Positions 10,310-20,738 are shown, counted from the stretch's first letter. The stretch: DNA of 64,000 nucleotides from Candidatus Latescibacterota bacterium (GCA_965242865.1 CBDETK010000013.1:3712001-3776000), one strand, 5' to 3'. The notes: generated from the letters alone by a model not told the origin. A program made the numbers and translations.

Positions 10310-11167
10310 ATGGAGCGTCTGCTGGTCGAAAAAGCATACGCAAAAATAAACTTAGGGCTTAAGGTTCTCGGCCGCCGCCCCGATGGCTACCACGAGACCC
10401 TCAGCGTGGCTCAATGCGTGGACTTAGCGGATGTCTTGTATTTTGAACCCGCGGCCGCCGATCAGTTGACCTGTAGCCTCGCTGGCCTATCAACGGGGCC
10501 GGACAATTTGGTGCGCCGCGCAGTTAATGCCTTTCGCGCTCGGCTCAACCGCCCCCCCCAGTCGTTTCGCATCCACCTAGAAAAGAATATCCCCATAGGG
10601 GCAGGCTTGGGCGGAGGCAGTGCCGATGCAGCGGCGGCTCTGCGGACACTCAATCGCTTCTATGACCAGCCATTCTCAAACGCAGGCCTCCGCCAAATCG
10701 CCGCGACTCTTGGCTCGGACATCCCCTTTCTAGTGGAAGGCGGCACCGCTCTAATGAGAGGCCGGGGCGAAATTCTCGAAAAGCTGCGCTGGGAGGGCGC
10801 AGTCTTTTACGTGCTGGCGTATCCCGGGATCGAGCTCAGCACGGCGTGGGCATATAACCAACTCGGCTCCATCTTGACAGAAAATTCTCCCTATTTTAAA
10901 TTTATTTCTTCCCTGAGCGACGGGTGCGTTGGCCCCGACAGGCTATTTGAAGTGCTGGAGAACGACTTCACGCCTGCGGCAGATCGCGCCTATCCCATCG
11001 TCGCAGAGCTTCGTTCTCAACTGGACCGAGTTGGTGCTCGAGCCTCGTCAATGTCGGGCAGCGGCTCCACTGTTTACGGTATCTTCGACGACCGGAAGAC
11101 CGCCTCTCAGGCGCAGATCGCACTGCAAAGGCAAGGTTGCCGGTCTTTTTTATGTCAGCCAGTCTAG
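10310..11167 (+). CDS. ispE: 4-diphosphocytidyl-2-C-methyl-D-erythritol kinase
   Basis: AKINLGL, KNIPIGAGLGGGSADAA, GSDIPF, MSGSGSTVYG. Confidence 0.96.
   Translation: MERLLVEKAYAKINLGLKVLGRRPDGYHETLSVAQCVDLADVLYFEPAAADQLTCSLAGLSTGPDNLVRRAVNAFRARLNRPPQSFRIHLEKNIPIGAGLGGGSADAAAALRTLNRFYDQPFSNAGLRQIAATLGSDIPFLVEGGTALMRGRGEILEKLRWEGAVFYVLAYPGIELSTAWAYNQLGSILTENSPYFKFISSLSDGCVGPDRLFEVLENDFTPAADRAYPIVAELRSQLDRVGARASSMSGSGSTVYGIFDDRKTASQAQIALQRQGCRSFLCQPV
10874..10902 (+). promoter_or_regulatory. Internal sigma70 promoter inside ispE, probably driving tRNA-Gln and rplY
   Basis: Perfect TTGACA, 17-nt spacer, TAAATT within an AT-rich patch of an otherwise GC-rich gene. Confidence 0.65.
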
Positions 11168-11197
11168 CTCGGGAAAGTGCGAGGCATAGAAATAGGT

Positions 11198-11272
11198 AGC
11201 CCGGTCGTTCAATTGGTAGGACAACGGATTTTGGTTCCGTTTATCGAGGTTCGAGTCCTCGCCGGGCTGCCA
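11198..11272 (+). tRNA. tRNA-Gln (TTG)
   Basis: AGCCCGG/CCGGGCT acceptor stem, ACGGA-TT TTG GT-TCCGT anticodon arm, GGTTCGAGTCC T arm, encoded CCA. Confidence 0.97.
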
Positions 11273-11315
11273 TTATGCCATTGGTATTGATTGAGTCTTT
11301 TGAGGAGATGTTCCA

Positions 11316-11996
11316 ATGCCGCAAGTTCCACTACAAATCCAAGTGCGCGAGCAGGTCGCGCTCAAAGTCCAGTCTCGCCGCGAGCAGGGCAAGGGCCCGG
11401 TGGGGCAGTTGCGTCGCTTGCAGGGCCAGTTGCCCGGGGTGATCTACGGCCACAATCAGCCTTCTGAGTCCTTCAAGACGGATGCCCATGGTTTGGAGCG
11501 CATCCTGAGTAAGGGGGGGCAAAACGCGATCATCTTGGTTGAGCACGAAGAGTCCGATAAAAGCCCTGAGCAGGCCCTGATTCGCGACATCCAATACCAC
11601 AAGGTCCGCGGTCATGTACTGCACTTAGACCTCTTGCGCATCGATCCGCAAGAGACGTTGCGCGCCAATGTACCGCTGCTGACGGAGGGAGTGCCCGAAG
11701 GCGTCCGCAACGAGGGCGGGGCCTTGCAGCAGACGCTGACCTCAATCGAAATGGAATGCGTCGTCTCAGAAATGCCCGCCGCAATGGTAATCGACATTTC
11801 TTTGCTGGTCATCGGCGACAGCCTTCACGTGAGTGATCTCCTCGAACAGGAGCCGCGCATTACGACCGACCCGTCCCGCACGATTGTCAATATCTTGGCG
11901 CCGCGCTTGGTCGCTGCCGAGGAAGAAGCCGAGGAGCCTGGAGTTCCCGAAGGCGAAGGCGAACCGGGCGAAGGCGACGAGGGTGGCGAAGAGTAG
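11316..11996 (+). CDS. rplY: 50S ribosomal protein L25 (Ctc/TL5 long form)
   Basis: LRR..LPGVIYG, IQYH, HLDLLRI, acidic C-terminal tail. Confidence 0.95.
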   Translation: MPQVPLQIQVREQVALKVQSRREQGKGPVGQLRRLQGQLPGVIYGHNQPSESFKTDAHGLERILSKGGQNAIILVEHEESDKSPEQALIRDIQYHKVRGHVLHLDLLRIDPQETLRANVPLLTEGVPEGVRNEGGALQQTLTSIEMECVVSEMPAAMVIDISLLVIGDSLHVSDLLEQEPRITTDPSRTIVNILAPRLVAAEEEAEEPGVPEGEGEPGEGDEGGEE

Positions 11997-11998
11997 GT

Positions 11999-12595
11999 TT
12001 GCAAGTAGCCTTGGGTTTGGGTAATCCCGGTGTGCGCTACGCCTCAACGCGGCACAACATAGGATTTATGGTGGTAGATCATCTAGCGGCTCGCTGTGGT
12101 GTTGACTGGCAGCAGCAAGCGAACGTCCAGGGCCAAGTTGTCCGAGTAGGGCTGGGCGGTCGGGAAGTGCTGTTGGTCAAGCCCCAGAGCTATATGAACC
12201 ACAGCGGCCGAACCGCCGCGGCTCTTTGCTCCCAATGGGAGGTGCTCCCCGAAGACGTACTGGTCATCTTCGACGACTTCCTCCTCGACTTTGGGTGCCT
12301 GCGCTTTCGCCGTGGAGGGAGTGATGGCGGACACAACGGTTTGGCTTCGGTTCTCGAAGCACTCAATACAAAGGCTGTTCCGCGTCTGCGTCTAGGCATC
12401 GGCATCCCACCCGCCGGCGCAGACATCACTGACTATGTACTGAGTCTGTTTTCTCCAGAAGACGAGGTAGAGAGCTTGGTTGAGCACGGAAATGCGGCAC
12501 TTGAAGTGTACTATGCCGAAGGCATTGAGGCAGCCATGAACAGGTTCAACGGTCAAAAAGTAAAGCAGTCGAGGGAAGGTAATAAATGGACATAG
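11999..12595 (+). CDS. pth: Peptidyl-tRNA hydrolase
   Basis: [36 protein letters not shown]. Confidence 0.96.
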   Translation: MQVALGLGNPGVRYASTRHNIGFMVVDHLAARCGVDWQQQANVQGQVVRVGLGGREVLLVKPQSYMNHSGRTAAALCSQWEVLPEDVLVIFDDFLLDFGCLRFRRGGSDGGHNGLASVLEALNTKAVPRLRLGIGIPPAGADITDYVLSLFSPEDEVESLVEHGNAALEVYYAEGIEAAMNRFNGQKVKQSREGNKWT

Positions 12596-14631
12596 AAATC
12601 TGGACAAGCGCGGCGCCATTCATGGGTTTGGGCGGTTTGCTTTGCTCGCTCCTGCTGTACTCTTACATCAAAAGGTCTCCGGCTGGCACTCCAGAGATGG
12701 TGGAAATATCAGAGGCTATCCACGAGGGAGCGATGGCCTTTCTCAAACGCGAGTACACCATCCTCGCCGGGTTTATCGTCATCGTCTTTGCCCTCCTTTT
12801 TGCCTTTGTCGGTGCCCACACCGCGTACGCTTTTGTGTCCGGGGCCGTTTGCTCCATTTTGGCCGGTTATACCGGCATGAAAGCGGCCTGTCACGCCAAT
12901 GTTCGCACCGCCCAAGCGGCCAACCAGCACGGCCAAGGGCCGGCCCTGAATATCGCTTTTTCAGGGGGCGCAGTGATGGGCCTTGCAGTGGCTGGCTTGG
13001 GGCTTTTCGGCGTTGGGGCACTCGCCAGTGCCCTTGGTGTCTGGGACGATATAAGCCAAGCATCCACGATCAGTGGCTTTGCTATGGGGGCCTCTTCGAT
13101 TGCCCTTTTCGCGCGCGTTGGCGGCGGCATCTTCACCAAGACCGCCGATGTGGGGGCTGACTTGGTGGGCAAAGTGGAAGCGGGGATTCCCGAGGACGAT
13201 CCCCGCAATCCGGCCGTTATCGCCGACAGCGTCGGCGACAACGTCGGGGATGTCGCCGGCATGGGTGCCGACATCTTTGAGTCCTATGTCGGATCGGTCA
13301 TCGCCACCATTGCCATCGCCGCCACCGCGTCCACGGCCCTGCTAACCACGCTTGCCCCCGACATCTCGGATCCAACCGAGGCGAAACTGGCGGCGATGAG
13401 CTTCCCGCTGATCGTCATTATGATCGGCATAGCCGCGTCGCTTCTCGGCGTGTTGATGGTGCGGATACTGCAGAATTTTGACCCCAGCGCTGCGTTGCGC
13501 TACTCGACTTGGGTTGCCGCCGCCCTAATGATTTTGGGTGCTTGGTGGGTCGCCGGGACAATCGGCCTATCCGATCAGCCGGTGTGGGCTTTGTGCGCGG
13601 GCTGTCTGGCCGGGGTCGCGATTGGCCTTTTTACCGAGTACTACACCGGCGGCAAACCCATCCGCACCATCGCTGAAACCTCCAAGACCGGCGTGGCGAC
13701 CAATATTATTTCCGGCTTGGCCATAGGCATGGAGAGCGTCGTCCTGCCGACCTTGGGAATCGTCGTCGCCATTGGCTTGGCCTTCCACTTTGCCGGGCTG
13801 TTTGGGATTGGCATCGCCGCGGTCGGTATGCTGGCCACAGTGGGTATTACCATGTCGGTCGACGCCTACGGTCCCATAGCCGACAACGCCGGCGGCATTA
13901 CCGAAATGGCGGGCTTGGGCGAAGATACGCGCAAGATCACCGATGGCCTTGATTCACTCGGCAACACGACCGCGGCCATGGGCAAGGGGTTTGCTATTGG
14001 TTCGGCCGCGTTGACGGCATTGGCGCTTTTTTCCGCCTATTCCTCCGCGATTGAGACCGCGACCGGAACGCCGATCGTCATTGACGTGACTACGCCGGTG
14101 GTCGTCGGTGGGCTTTTTATCGGGGCTATGATTCCTTACCTAGCGGCCTCCATTACCATGACCTCGGTCGGCAAGGCCGCCTTCAAGATGATCGAGGAGG
14201 TCCGGCGTCAGTTCCGCGAGATCGAGGGCCTGATGGAGGGCAAGGCCAAGCCCGATACCCGACGCTGCGTGGAGATCAGCACGACCGCGGCACTGCGCGA
14301 GATGATTTTGCCGGGCCTGTTGGCGGTGTTGGCGCCGGTTGCGGTCGGTTTTGGTCTTGGCCCTGTCGCCTTGGGCGGAATGCTCGCCGGGGCCACGGTC
14401 AGCGGCGTATTGCTGGCGCTGATGATGGCCAATAGTGGCGGGGCTTGGGACAACGCCAAAAAGTGGATCGAAGAGGGCCACTTGGGGGGCAAGGGCTCTG
14501 ACCCCCACAAAGCCGCTGTCGTCGGCGATACGGTCGGCGACCCATTCAAGGACACTTCGGGGCCGTCTCTAAACATCCTCATCAAGCTGATGTCGGTGAT
14601 ATCTCTCGTCCTGGCACCGCTTTTCGTCTGA
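12586..14631 (+). CDS. hppA: Membrane-bound ion-translocating pyrophosphatase, K+-dependent, probably Na+-pumping
   Basis: [31 protein letters not shown]; GNTTAA (Ala indicates K+ dependence); FESY. Confidence 0.95.
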   Translation: MDIEIWTSAAPFMGLGGLLCSLLLYSYIKRSPAGTPEMVEISEAIHEGAMAFLKREYTILAGFIVIVFALLFAFVGAHTAYAFVSGAVCSILAGYTGMKAACHANVRTAQAANQHGQGPALNIAFSGGAVMGLAVAGLGLFGVGALASALGVWDDISQASTISGFAMGASSIALFARVGGGIFTKTADVGADLVGKVEAGIPEDDPRNPAVIADSVGDNVGDVAGMGADIFESYVGSVIATIAIAATASTALLTTLAPDISDPTEAKLAAMSFPLIVIMIGIAASLLGVLMVRILQNFDPSAALRYSTWVAAALMILGAWWVAGTIGLSDQPVWALCAGCLAGVAIGLFTEYYTGGKPIRTIAETSKTGVATNIISGLAIGMESVVLPTLGIVVAIGLAFHFAGLFGIGIAAVGMLATVGITMSVDAYGPIADNAGGITEMAGLGEDTRKITDGLDSLGNTTAAMGKGFAIGSAALTALALFSAYSSAIETATGTPIVIDVTTPVVVGGLFIGAMIPYLAASITMTSVGKAAFKMIEEVRRQFREIEGLMEGKAKPDTRRCVEISTTAALREMILPGLLAVLAPVAVGFGLGPVALGGMLAGATVSGVLLALMMANSGGAWDNAKKWIEEGHLGGKGSDPHKAAVVGDTVGDPFKDTSGPSLNILIKLMSVISLVLAPLFV

Positions 14632-14670
14632 GGAGTGTGCCCCAGACCAGAACCAAGAAAGCGCAATGCA

Positions 14671-15216
14671 ATGAGAAACTACGAACTCGTATGTATCTTG
14701 GACCCCCAATTCGGCGAGGGCCAATATGAGCAAATCGTCGAAAAATACGAGGCCCTCCTCGAGGAAAACGGCGGGGAAGTCGTCCGGGTCGACAACTGGG
14801 GTCTGCGGCGTCTGGCCTATACCTCGGCTAGCCTGAAGAACCGGCTCCAAGGCTACTACGTGCTCTACCAGTTTTTGGCCGCGCCGACGGCGATTGAAGG
14901 GCTAGAGCAGACGCTCAAGCTCGACGAAGCGGTGCTGCGCTACCTCATCACCGCTGTCGAAGGCGATTTTATCCACGTGCCCGAACTAGCTGCCGACAAT
15001 TTTCTCGAAGAAGCCTTTGCCCGATCGGCCCGCGGTCCAAGGTCCCGAGGTGGCCCGCACCGCGACTCCCGCGGTCCGCGGTCCCGCGACGAGGCCCGAG
15101 GTGCTGCCCCTGAACGCGAGGCACCTGGTGTAAAAGAGGCAAAAAAGGCAGAGGAGGCAGAGGAGGCAGGGGATTCACCAGCAGAGGCCGTAGTCCAAGA
15201 GTCCGACGACTCTTAG
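14671..15216 (+). CDS. rpsF: 30S ribosomal protein S6 with a long low-complexity C-terminal tail
   Basis: [35 protein letters not shown]. Confidence 0.93.
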   Translation: MRNYELVCILDPQFGEGQYEQIVEKYEALLEENGGEVVRVDNWGLRRLAYTSASLKNRLQGYYVLYQFLAAPTAIEGLEQTLKLDEAVLRYLITAVEGDFIHVPELAADNFLEEAFARSARGPRSRGGPHRDSRGPRSRDEARGAAPEREAPGVKEAKKAEEAEEAGDSPAEAVVQESDDS

Positions 15217-15231
15217 AATCGGCCTGCGCCG

Positions 15232-16038
15232 ATGCTGATTCTGTTGGGCATAATGCTGGCGGTCGCTTCGCTTTTGGCTAGTTTGCGCTACGGCTCGCGT
15301 GGCGCCCTGCCTTTGATCGGTCTGCTTTGCTTGGGCTCCGCCGTGCTGCTAGGGGCTACGTTGGGGCTAGTGCCCATTATGGGGTTGCTCGCCGTTTTGC
15401 AAATAGAGCGTCAGCAGACTTACGGTCGCGTCTTGGCCATGGCCTGTGCGCCGGCGGCGGGCTTGTGCCTCTGGCAGCTAATTCAGGTGCGCGACCACCG
15501 CCAAGAGCAAGCCGCTGCTGTCTTGGAGCAATTCCAAGCCTTGGGGATGGCCGTTGAGGAAGGCGGCCAGACGCTAAGCGCGATCATTGACGCGGTCCTG
15601 CGGGTGCAGCCGGCCATTGAGATGGCGACCCTGCTTTTGACCTTTGTCGTAGCGTATCGGGTGAGTCAGGGCTTGGCCTTGCGGCTGGGGCTGTTGCTGC
15701 CTGCTCCCCTGCCGCTGGCCTTGTGGCGACCTTGGGAAGAGCTGATTTGGGTCTTGATCGCGGCCTTAGGACTAAGTCTTTTGGGCGACGGGTTGTTGGC
15801 CGATTTGGGCCTCAACCTGATCGTGCTGATGGGAATTATCTACGGGGTTCAAGGGTTGGCGGTGCTGCGCTTTTTCGCCCAACGCCAAAGGGTGCCGCTT
15901 TTGGTCGAGTTGTTGTTTTACATCGGGCTTTTTTTTGTCGCCGGGTTGGCGTTTCTGCTCTTAGCCGGATTAGGGCTTTTGGACACTTGGTTTGATTGGC
16001 GTCGGCTGCGTCCAACGCCCGCAGAGGAAGAAGCGTAA
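15232..16038 (+). CDS. DUF2232/YybS-family membrane protein
   Basis: Multi-TM protein with QGLAV and GLGLLDTWFDWRR; usual position before rplI. Confidence 0.8.
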   Translation: MLILLGIMLAVASLLASLRYGSRGALPLIGLLCLGSAVLLGATLGLVPIMGLLAVLQIERQQTYGRVLAMACAPAAGLCLWQLIQVRDHRQEQAAAVLEQFQALGMAVEEGGQTLSAIIDAVLRVQPAIEMATLLLTFVVAYRVSQGLALRLGLLLPAPLPLALWRPWEELIWVLIAALGLSLLGDGLLADLGLNLIVLMGIIYGVQGLAVLRFFAQRQRVPLLVELLFYIGLFFVAGLAFLLLAGLGLLDTWFDWRRLRPTPAEEEA

Positions 16039-16082
16039 GGCCCAAACAACATCGCCGTTTTCTATGAAGTGGAGGACAAGTC

Positions 16083-16526
16083 GTGAAAGTAATTCTGTTA
16101 AAGGACATTGAAGCCTTGGGTTCGGCCGGCGAGGTCGTGGAGGTAAAGAACGGGTATGGTCGCAACTTCCTGATTCCGCGCAACGAGGCACTGGTCGCCA
16201 CCGCCGCCAACATGGCTCAGTTCGAGTTTAGGCGCAAACAGCAAGAGACCTTATCTGAGCGCGACCGCCGTGCCGCCGAGGCCCTCGCCAAGAAGCTACA
16301 AGCGGAGTCCATTACCGCGCAGGTCAAGGTCGGCGAGGAGGATCGCCTTTTTGGTTCGGTCACCGCCCAGAACATCGCCGAGTTGCTCGACGAAAAGGGC
16401 TACGAGATCGATCGGCGCGCCATTCACCTTGAAGACCCCATTCGCGAACTGGGTGTTTACAACATCGAAGTACGCCTCCACCCAGAGGTAACAACCACGG
16501 TCAAGCTCTGGGTCGTCAAGGAATAG
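16083..16526 (+). CDS. rplI: 50S ribosomal protein L9
   Basis: MKVILLKD, VKNGYGRNFLIP, LFGSVT. Confidence 0.97.
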   Translation: MKVILLKDIEALGSAGEVVEVKNGYGRNFLIPRNEALVATAANMAQFEFRRKQQETLSERDRRAAEALAKKLQAESITAQVKVGEEDRLFGSVTAQNIAELLDEKGYEIDRRAIHLEDPIRELGVYNIEVRLHPEVTTTVKLWVVKE

Positions 16527-16566
16527 CGCGACGCTGGGTGTTCTCCCTCCTCAACGGAGGTCATTC

Positions 16567-17496
16567 ATGCCAAGCAGGGTCTTGCTCCTTTGCTGGATGT
16601 GTGCGGCGGCCACCGGCTGCGCCCCGGAACATTCGGAAGGTCCCTTTGAGCGCGTCGGGCAGGAAGTATGGCGCACCGTAAACAGAAGCCACCGAGGGGC
16701 CGATGGCGTCTTGGTGCAGGCGACCTTGCACACCTTCGCCTATGAGATCGCCCGCGCCTATGCCCGTGCCGAGCGCGAGGACTTAGGGCAGGAGCAGCTC
16801 GAATTCCGCATCAAGCAGTTACTCTACTCTTATGTCGATGGCACTTACCCGGCTGAAGACGGCACGGACATCAACAGCCTCTATTTTCAGTATCTGATTT
16901 ACGTAAATCCCTCCTTCGACGTACATAACCCCCTACAAAAACGCGCCTTCAACATCTGGCGGGCCGAATACATACGCCGGGTCGTCGATACCATCTACGA
17001 TCCCAAGTTTCCCATCCTGCGAGACCGGTACGACGACCGTTGGGGCTTGACGCTCTACAGTCGTCTGGTCTTTACCGTTTATCTGTCGAGCGGAGAGTCC
17101 CAACTCAAGCCGCATATTGCCGATATTGGTGCGCGCACCTTCTTGGTCAATCAGCGAGGTGCGCGCTTTCAGCCGAGTGGGACGTTTGATTACTACCCCT
17201 ACCAGAGCGACCGCCCCGAAGGCGAGGTGCTCAACGGCAAGACCTACTACCGAGTCTTCTTCCCCAATCGCAAAAGAGACGACAAGACGCCGATTATCCG
17301 GCGCGACGACGACTATCTCGAGCTGCAAATCGAAAATTTAGGTGATGTCCCGTTGCGAACCCTGCGCTGGGAGCGGTCTCTCGCGTATCCAGAAATGCCT
17401 TCGCGGCGCTTGCCGACGGAGGCCGAGGTAGCCGAGCGCAAGGCAGCAGCACGGGCCGAGCGCGCGGCGCGGGCCGAAGCAGCGCGGGCCAAGTAG
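16567..17496 (+). CDS. Hypothetical lipoprotein
   Basis: GGAGG RBS, lipobox-like ATGC, long open frame, no family recognised. Confidence 0.7.
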   Translation: MPSRVLLLCWMCAAATGCAPEHSEGPFERVGQEVWRTVNRSHRGADGVLVQATLHTFAYEIARAYARAEREDLGQEQLEFRIKQLLYSYVDGTYPAEDGTDINSLYFQYLIYVNPSFDVHNPLQKRAFNIWRAEYIRRVVDTIYDPKFPILRDRYDDRWGLTLYSRLVFTVYLSSGESQLKPHIADIGARTFLVNQRGARFQPSGTFDYYPYQSDRPEGEVLNGKTYYRVFFPNRKRDDKTPIIRRDDDYLELQIENLGDVPLRTLRWERSLAYPEMPSRRLPTEAEVAERKAAARAERAARAEAARAK

Positions 17497-17510
17497 CCCC
17501 TGCGGTCTCG

Positions 17511-17539
17511 TTGGTGCTCTTGGGAGGTCATTCTATATT
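17511..17539 (+). promoter_or_regulatory. Putative promoter for tRNA-Sec
   Basis: TTGGTG-17 nt-TATATT ending 14 nt before the tRNA. Confidence 0.4.
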
Positions 17540-17553
17540 TCTGCGTACTCAGC

Positions 17554-17652
17554 GGGAGCGGATGCGTGCCTGGTGGCTGTCGCGGACTTCAAATCCGTTG
17601 CGGCGTAGCGAGAGTTGCGCTGGGTGGGTTCGATTCCCACACGTTCCCGCCA
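17554..17652 (+). tRNA. selC: tRNA-Sec (TCA)
   Basis: GGA-CTTCAAA-TCC anticodon arm, TGGT D loop, 9-bp variable arm with GAGA loop, GTGGG-TTCGATT-CCCAC T arm, G discriminator plus CCA. Confidence 0.93.
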
Positions 17653-17684
17653 GATTTTAAGTAGCTGTAAAGATTGCGGCCCAC

Positions 17685-19643
17685 TCAGATCTGGGTCAGG
17701 AAGCTGCCGGTGTGGCCGGTGGCGTAGTCGATGAGCACGAACACCCCAGCGGCGACGATTTCGCCCAAGATCAGGCCCAGAAAGAAGGGCCGCAGGTTGC
17801 GGTAGAGGCGCACTCCACCGTAGCGCAGGATCACCATCTTCAGGAACCAAGCCAACAAGGCACTGCAGAAGATGTGCCCCGTCTTCCAGTTGGCGGCGAT
17901 CGCGAACCCGACCGGGTTGAAGGGCCACCACAGGAAGTGGTGACGCGCCCACATGAGTGCCGCCATCACGCCCGCCCCGATGCCCATGAACTGGTAGGCG
18001 TCCCAGCGCGGCCCTTCGGGCTCGGCGGCGATGCGCGGGGCCATGTCCATGGGGCCGAAGTGGGTGGACTGCCAAGAGAAGAACAGGGGATTGAGGTTGA
18101 TGCCGCCGTGCTCATACGCCATGACCAAGGTGACGTAGGAGGATCCCGCTAGGCTAACTAGGATGGCCAAGACAATGGCCCAGAACAGCCGGCGCTTCTG
18201 GCCGCGGATCATTTCACTCATCTTCAGCCCGTTGGCGACCGAGGCCATCACAAAGGAGCGGACCTCAGCGTGCCAGCCGTAGGAAAAGCCGAGGGCCACC
18301 AGACCTTGGGTGCCGATGGCGGAGGTGCCGACCGCGGAGATCACGAAGGTCGAGGTCATCAGGGGCGGACGCATGGCTGGAATGCCGCCCTCGGCGACGA
18401 CCCGCGTCAGTGCCATGAACAGGATCATGGCGCCGAAGACGAATAGCAGCGCGACCGGGAAGGGTAGGCCGATCGTCCACAGCCAGACGGCGACAGCGAG
18501 CAGGCCGGCGAGCAGCCCGAAAAACGCCTGCCGGTAGGAGAGGATCTCGCCGCTGTCATCGATCGTCCGCAGCCCGACGACGGCCTTCGCCGCCACATCG
18601 CGCAGGTGCCGGCGCGCCACCCACAGCCCGACGACCACGAAGGCGATCATCGCCCCGAGCCCTTGGTGGGCTAGGAAGGGATCTTCTGAGTAGAAGTCGA
18701 TTCGCTGGGTGCTCTGTACGCCGAGCGTGTTGAAGAGGCCCCGCTGTAGCCTGACGAGGACGTAGAACACCCAGATCGAGGCCGAGATGTCGAGGTTGAC
18801 GAAATAAAAGAACCCGATCCAAGGCGGGCTGAACCAGAAGCTGAGCCAGGTGTTGCCGAACAAGGGCACGCCCGCGGTGCGCTCGAAGCGGGGAAATTCT
18901 GGATAGTAGGAATGTATGCCGTTGATGCTCAACAGCAGGAAGGAGATGGCGAAGCCCAGCCACATGGTCTTGTTGGCGAAGAACGAGCGGCCCACGGCCC
19001 GGCCTTCTTCCTGCCGGATCATCTCCAGCGGCACCTGCACCAGCGCGTAGCTGAGTTTTTCGTTGTCAACCCACTGCTTGCGGAGAATGACCATCGCGCA
19101 GATCATCGCGAAGGCAAGGGCGAGGAAGAAGCCGAACCACAGGCTCAGCGGCACGACCCAAGCGCCCCATGGGATCGAGCTGCCCTCGGGCAGCCCCTCA
19201 AAAAAGTAGCGAGCCACGTTCTCGCCGCGCGGGATCATCCACTGGGGGATGTATTGATTGTAGAGGGAATCCCAGTTGTTCTCAGGGGTGGCGTAGTAGG
19301 TCGACCCGAGGAGGCAGGGGATCATGAACTGGGTGAAGCCCATGCCGGGGATGCAGCAGGCCACTACCAGCATGATGTAAATGGTGATCAGTTCCGCCCG
19401 GGTCAGCACCAGCCAGCGGTGGAGGAGGCCGACCGCGGCACTGGCTAGGACGAGGAAGAAAAACAAGAAGAGGGCGGCCGGGGTGCTGAAGTTGAGGGTC
19501 AGGTAGGAACCTTGAATCGCATTGGTCGCGTAAGTATCGCAGATGTTGAGTGCCAGAGCCAGCACCGCCCCGATGAGGATGCCCCGCAGAGGAATCCCCT
19601 GTAGATCCCGCCCGTGCTGTCGGTCCTCCTGTGGGGCGTCCAT
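17685..19643 (-). CDS. DUF6785/DUF6784-family multi-pass membrane protein (putative transporter)
   Basis: ELITIY, LRKQWVDNEKLSY, RVVAEGG, WWPFNPVG, RPFFLGLILGE; start trimmed to the ATG after GGAGG. Confidence 0.75.
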   Translation of the reverse strand: MDAPQEDRQHGRDLQGIPLRGILIGAVLALALNICDTYATNAIQGSYLTLNFSTPAALFLFFFLVLASAAVGLLHRWLVLTRAELITIYIMLVVACCIPGMGFTQFMIPCLLGSTYYATPENNWDSLYNQYIPQWMIPRGENVARYFFEGLPEGSSIPWGAWVVPLSLWFGFFLALAFAMICAMVILRKQWVDNEKLSYALVQVPLEMIRQEEGRAVGRSFFANKTMWLGFAISFLLLSINGIHSYYPEFPRFERTAGVPLFGNTWLSFWFSPPWIGFFYFVNLDISASIWVFYVLVRLQRGLFNTLGVQSTQRIDFYSEDPFLAHQGLGAMIAFVVVGLWVARRHLRDVAAKAVVGLRTIDDSGEILSYRQAFFGLLAGLLAVAVWLWTIGLPFPVALLFVFGAMILFMALTRVVAEGGIPAMRPPLMTSTFVISAVGTSAIGTQGLVALGFSYGWHAEVRSFVMASVANGLKMSEMIRGQKRRLFWAIVLAILVSLAGSSYVTLVMAYEHGGINLNPLFFSWQSTHFGPMDMAPRIAAEPEGPRWDAYQFMGIGAGVMAALMWARHHFLWWPFNPVGFAIAANWKTGHIFCSALLAWFLKMVILRYGGVRLYRNLRPFFLGLILGEIVAAGVFVLIDYATGHTGSFLTQI

Positions 19644-19679
19644 TCTACCCTCCATCCGTTTATACAAATAGGCTAAACC

Positions 19680-20738
19680 TCACTGCAACCAAGTCTGAGG
19701 GGCCAGCCCGAGCCCCCGTGCGGCTTCGGCGATGTGGCTCCAAGTCGTGTCGTCAATGGGAATCCCCTCTTCTTGGCGCTGGCGTCCCGTGCGGTATTCG
19801 GGGTCGCCGGGCAGCAGTATCTCGCCGATGCGCGGGTCGACGCGACTGGTGGATACATGGCGGATTAGGCTTTCAAGTTCGTCGAAGTAGGAGGACATTT
19901 CTACGAAGTGCCCGATGTTGTACACCGTAAGGTGCAGCCCGTTGCTCTGCATGACGGTCTCGCCGTTGGCACAGCCTTGGCCGCTGAGGGCCCCTCCTAG
20001 GATCTCTACTATCATACTCAAGCAGTACCCTTTATAGGCCACCGGGCCGCCGAAAGGCAAAATCGCGCCGGGTGGGTCGCCGACAAATGCTTGGGGATCA
20101 GTGGAGGGGTTGCCATCGTGGTCGATGATCCGGCCCTCGGGTAGCTGTTCGCCGCGGTTATAGGCGACGCGGACCTTGCCTTCGGCACAAACCGAGGTCG
20201 TCATGTCGATCAAGAGAGGGTCGGCGTCGCGTCGAGGTGCGGCGCAGGATATAGGGTTGGTGCTGAGCTTGCCGTCAATCCCACCGTAGGGAGCGATCTG
20301 GCGCCCGAGGTGCCCGGCGTTGCAAAAGGCCAAGCCGATCATGCCTTGGCGGGCGACCTGTAGCGTATAGGCGCCCACCCGGCCAACGTGCCCACAATTG
20401 CGCAAGGTGGCGGTAGCGACCCCGTACTGGGCGGCCTTGTCAATGGCTAGCTGGGTGGCAAAAGTCCCGCCGATTTGGCCCATGGTTCCGCCTCCATCGA
20501 CGACCACAGTACAGGGCCTTTCGCTGACAATAGAAGGCTGGCCTTTGGGATCAAAGATGCCGTCTTGGATCTGTTGGACGTACTCGTAGAGACGCAGGCT
20601 GCCGTGCGAGTCGTGCCCGTAGAGCGAGGACTCGACTAAGTGGTCGGTCACGGCGCGGGCGCTTGCGGGAGGGCAGCCAGCCGTCTCGAAAAGCTGGTAG
20701 CCGATCTGGCGCAGGCGGTCGGGTTTGATATGGGGCAT
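19680..20738 (-). CDS. Ldh_2-family (malate/L-lactate/sulfolactate type) oxidoreductase
   Basis: GHDSHG, HVGRVG, STNPI, DMTTS, YKGYCL, PGDPE. Confidence 0.9.
   Translation of the reverse strand: MPHIKPDRLRQIGYQLFETAGCPPASARAVTDHLVESSLYGHDSHGSLRLYEYVQQIQDGIFDPKGQPSIVSERPCTVVVDGGGTMGQIGGTFATQLAIDKAAQYGVATATLRNCGHVGRVGAYTLQVARQGMIGLAFCNAGHLGRQIAPYGGIDGKLSTNPISCAAPRRDADPLLIDMTTSVCAEGKVRVAYNRGEQLPEGRIIDHDGNPSTDPQAFVGDPPGAILPFGGPVAYKGYCLSMIVEILGGALSGQGCANGETVMQSNGLHLTVYNIGHFVEMSSYFDELESLIRHVSTSRVDPRIGEILLPGDPEYRTGRQRQEEGIPIDDTTWSHIAEAARGLGLAPQTWLQ

Noticed and set aside
14629-14673. hppA TGA is in frame with rpsF
   Set aside because: Both proteins are complete, standard families; a fusion is implausible.
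17630-17700. selC as an island integration site
   Set aside because: No integrase and no duplicated tRNA 3' end were seen in the window.
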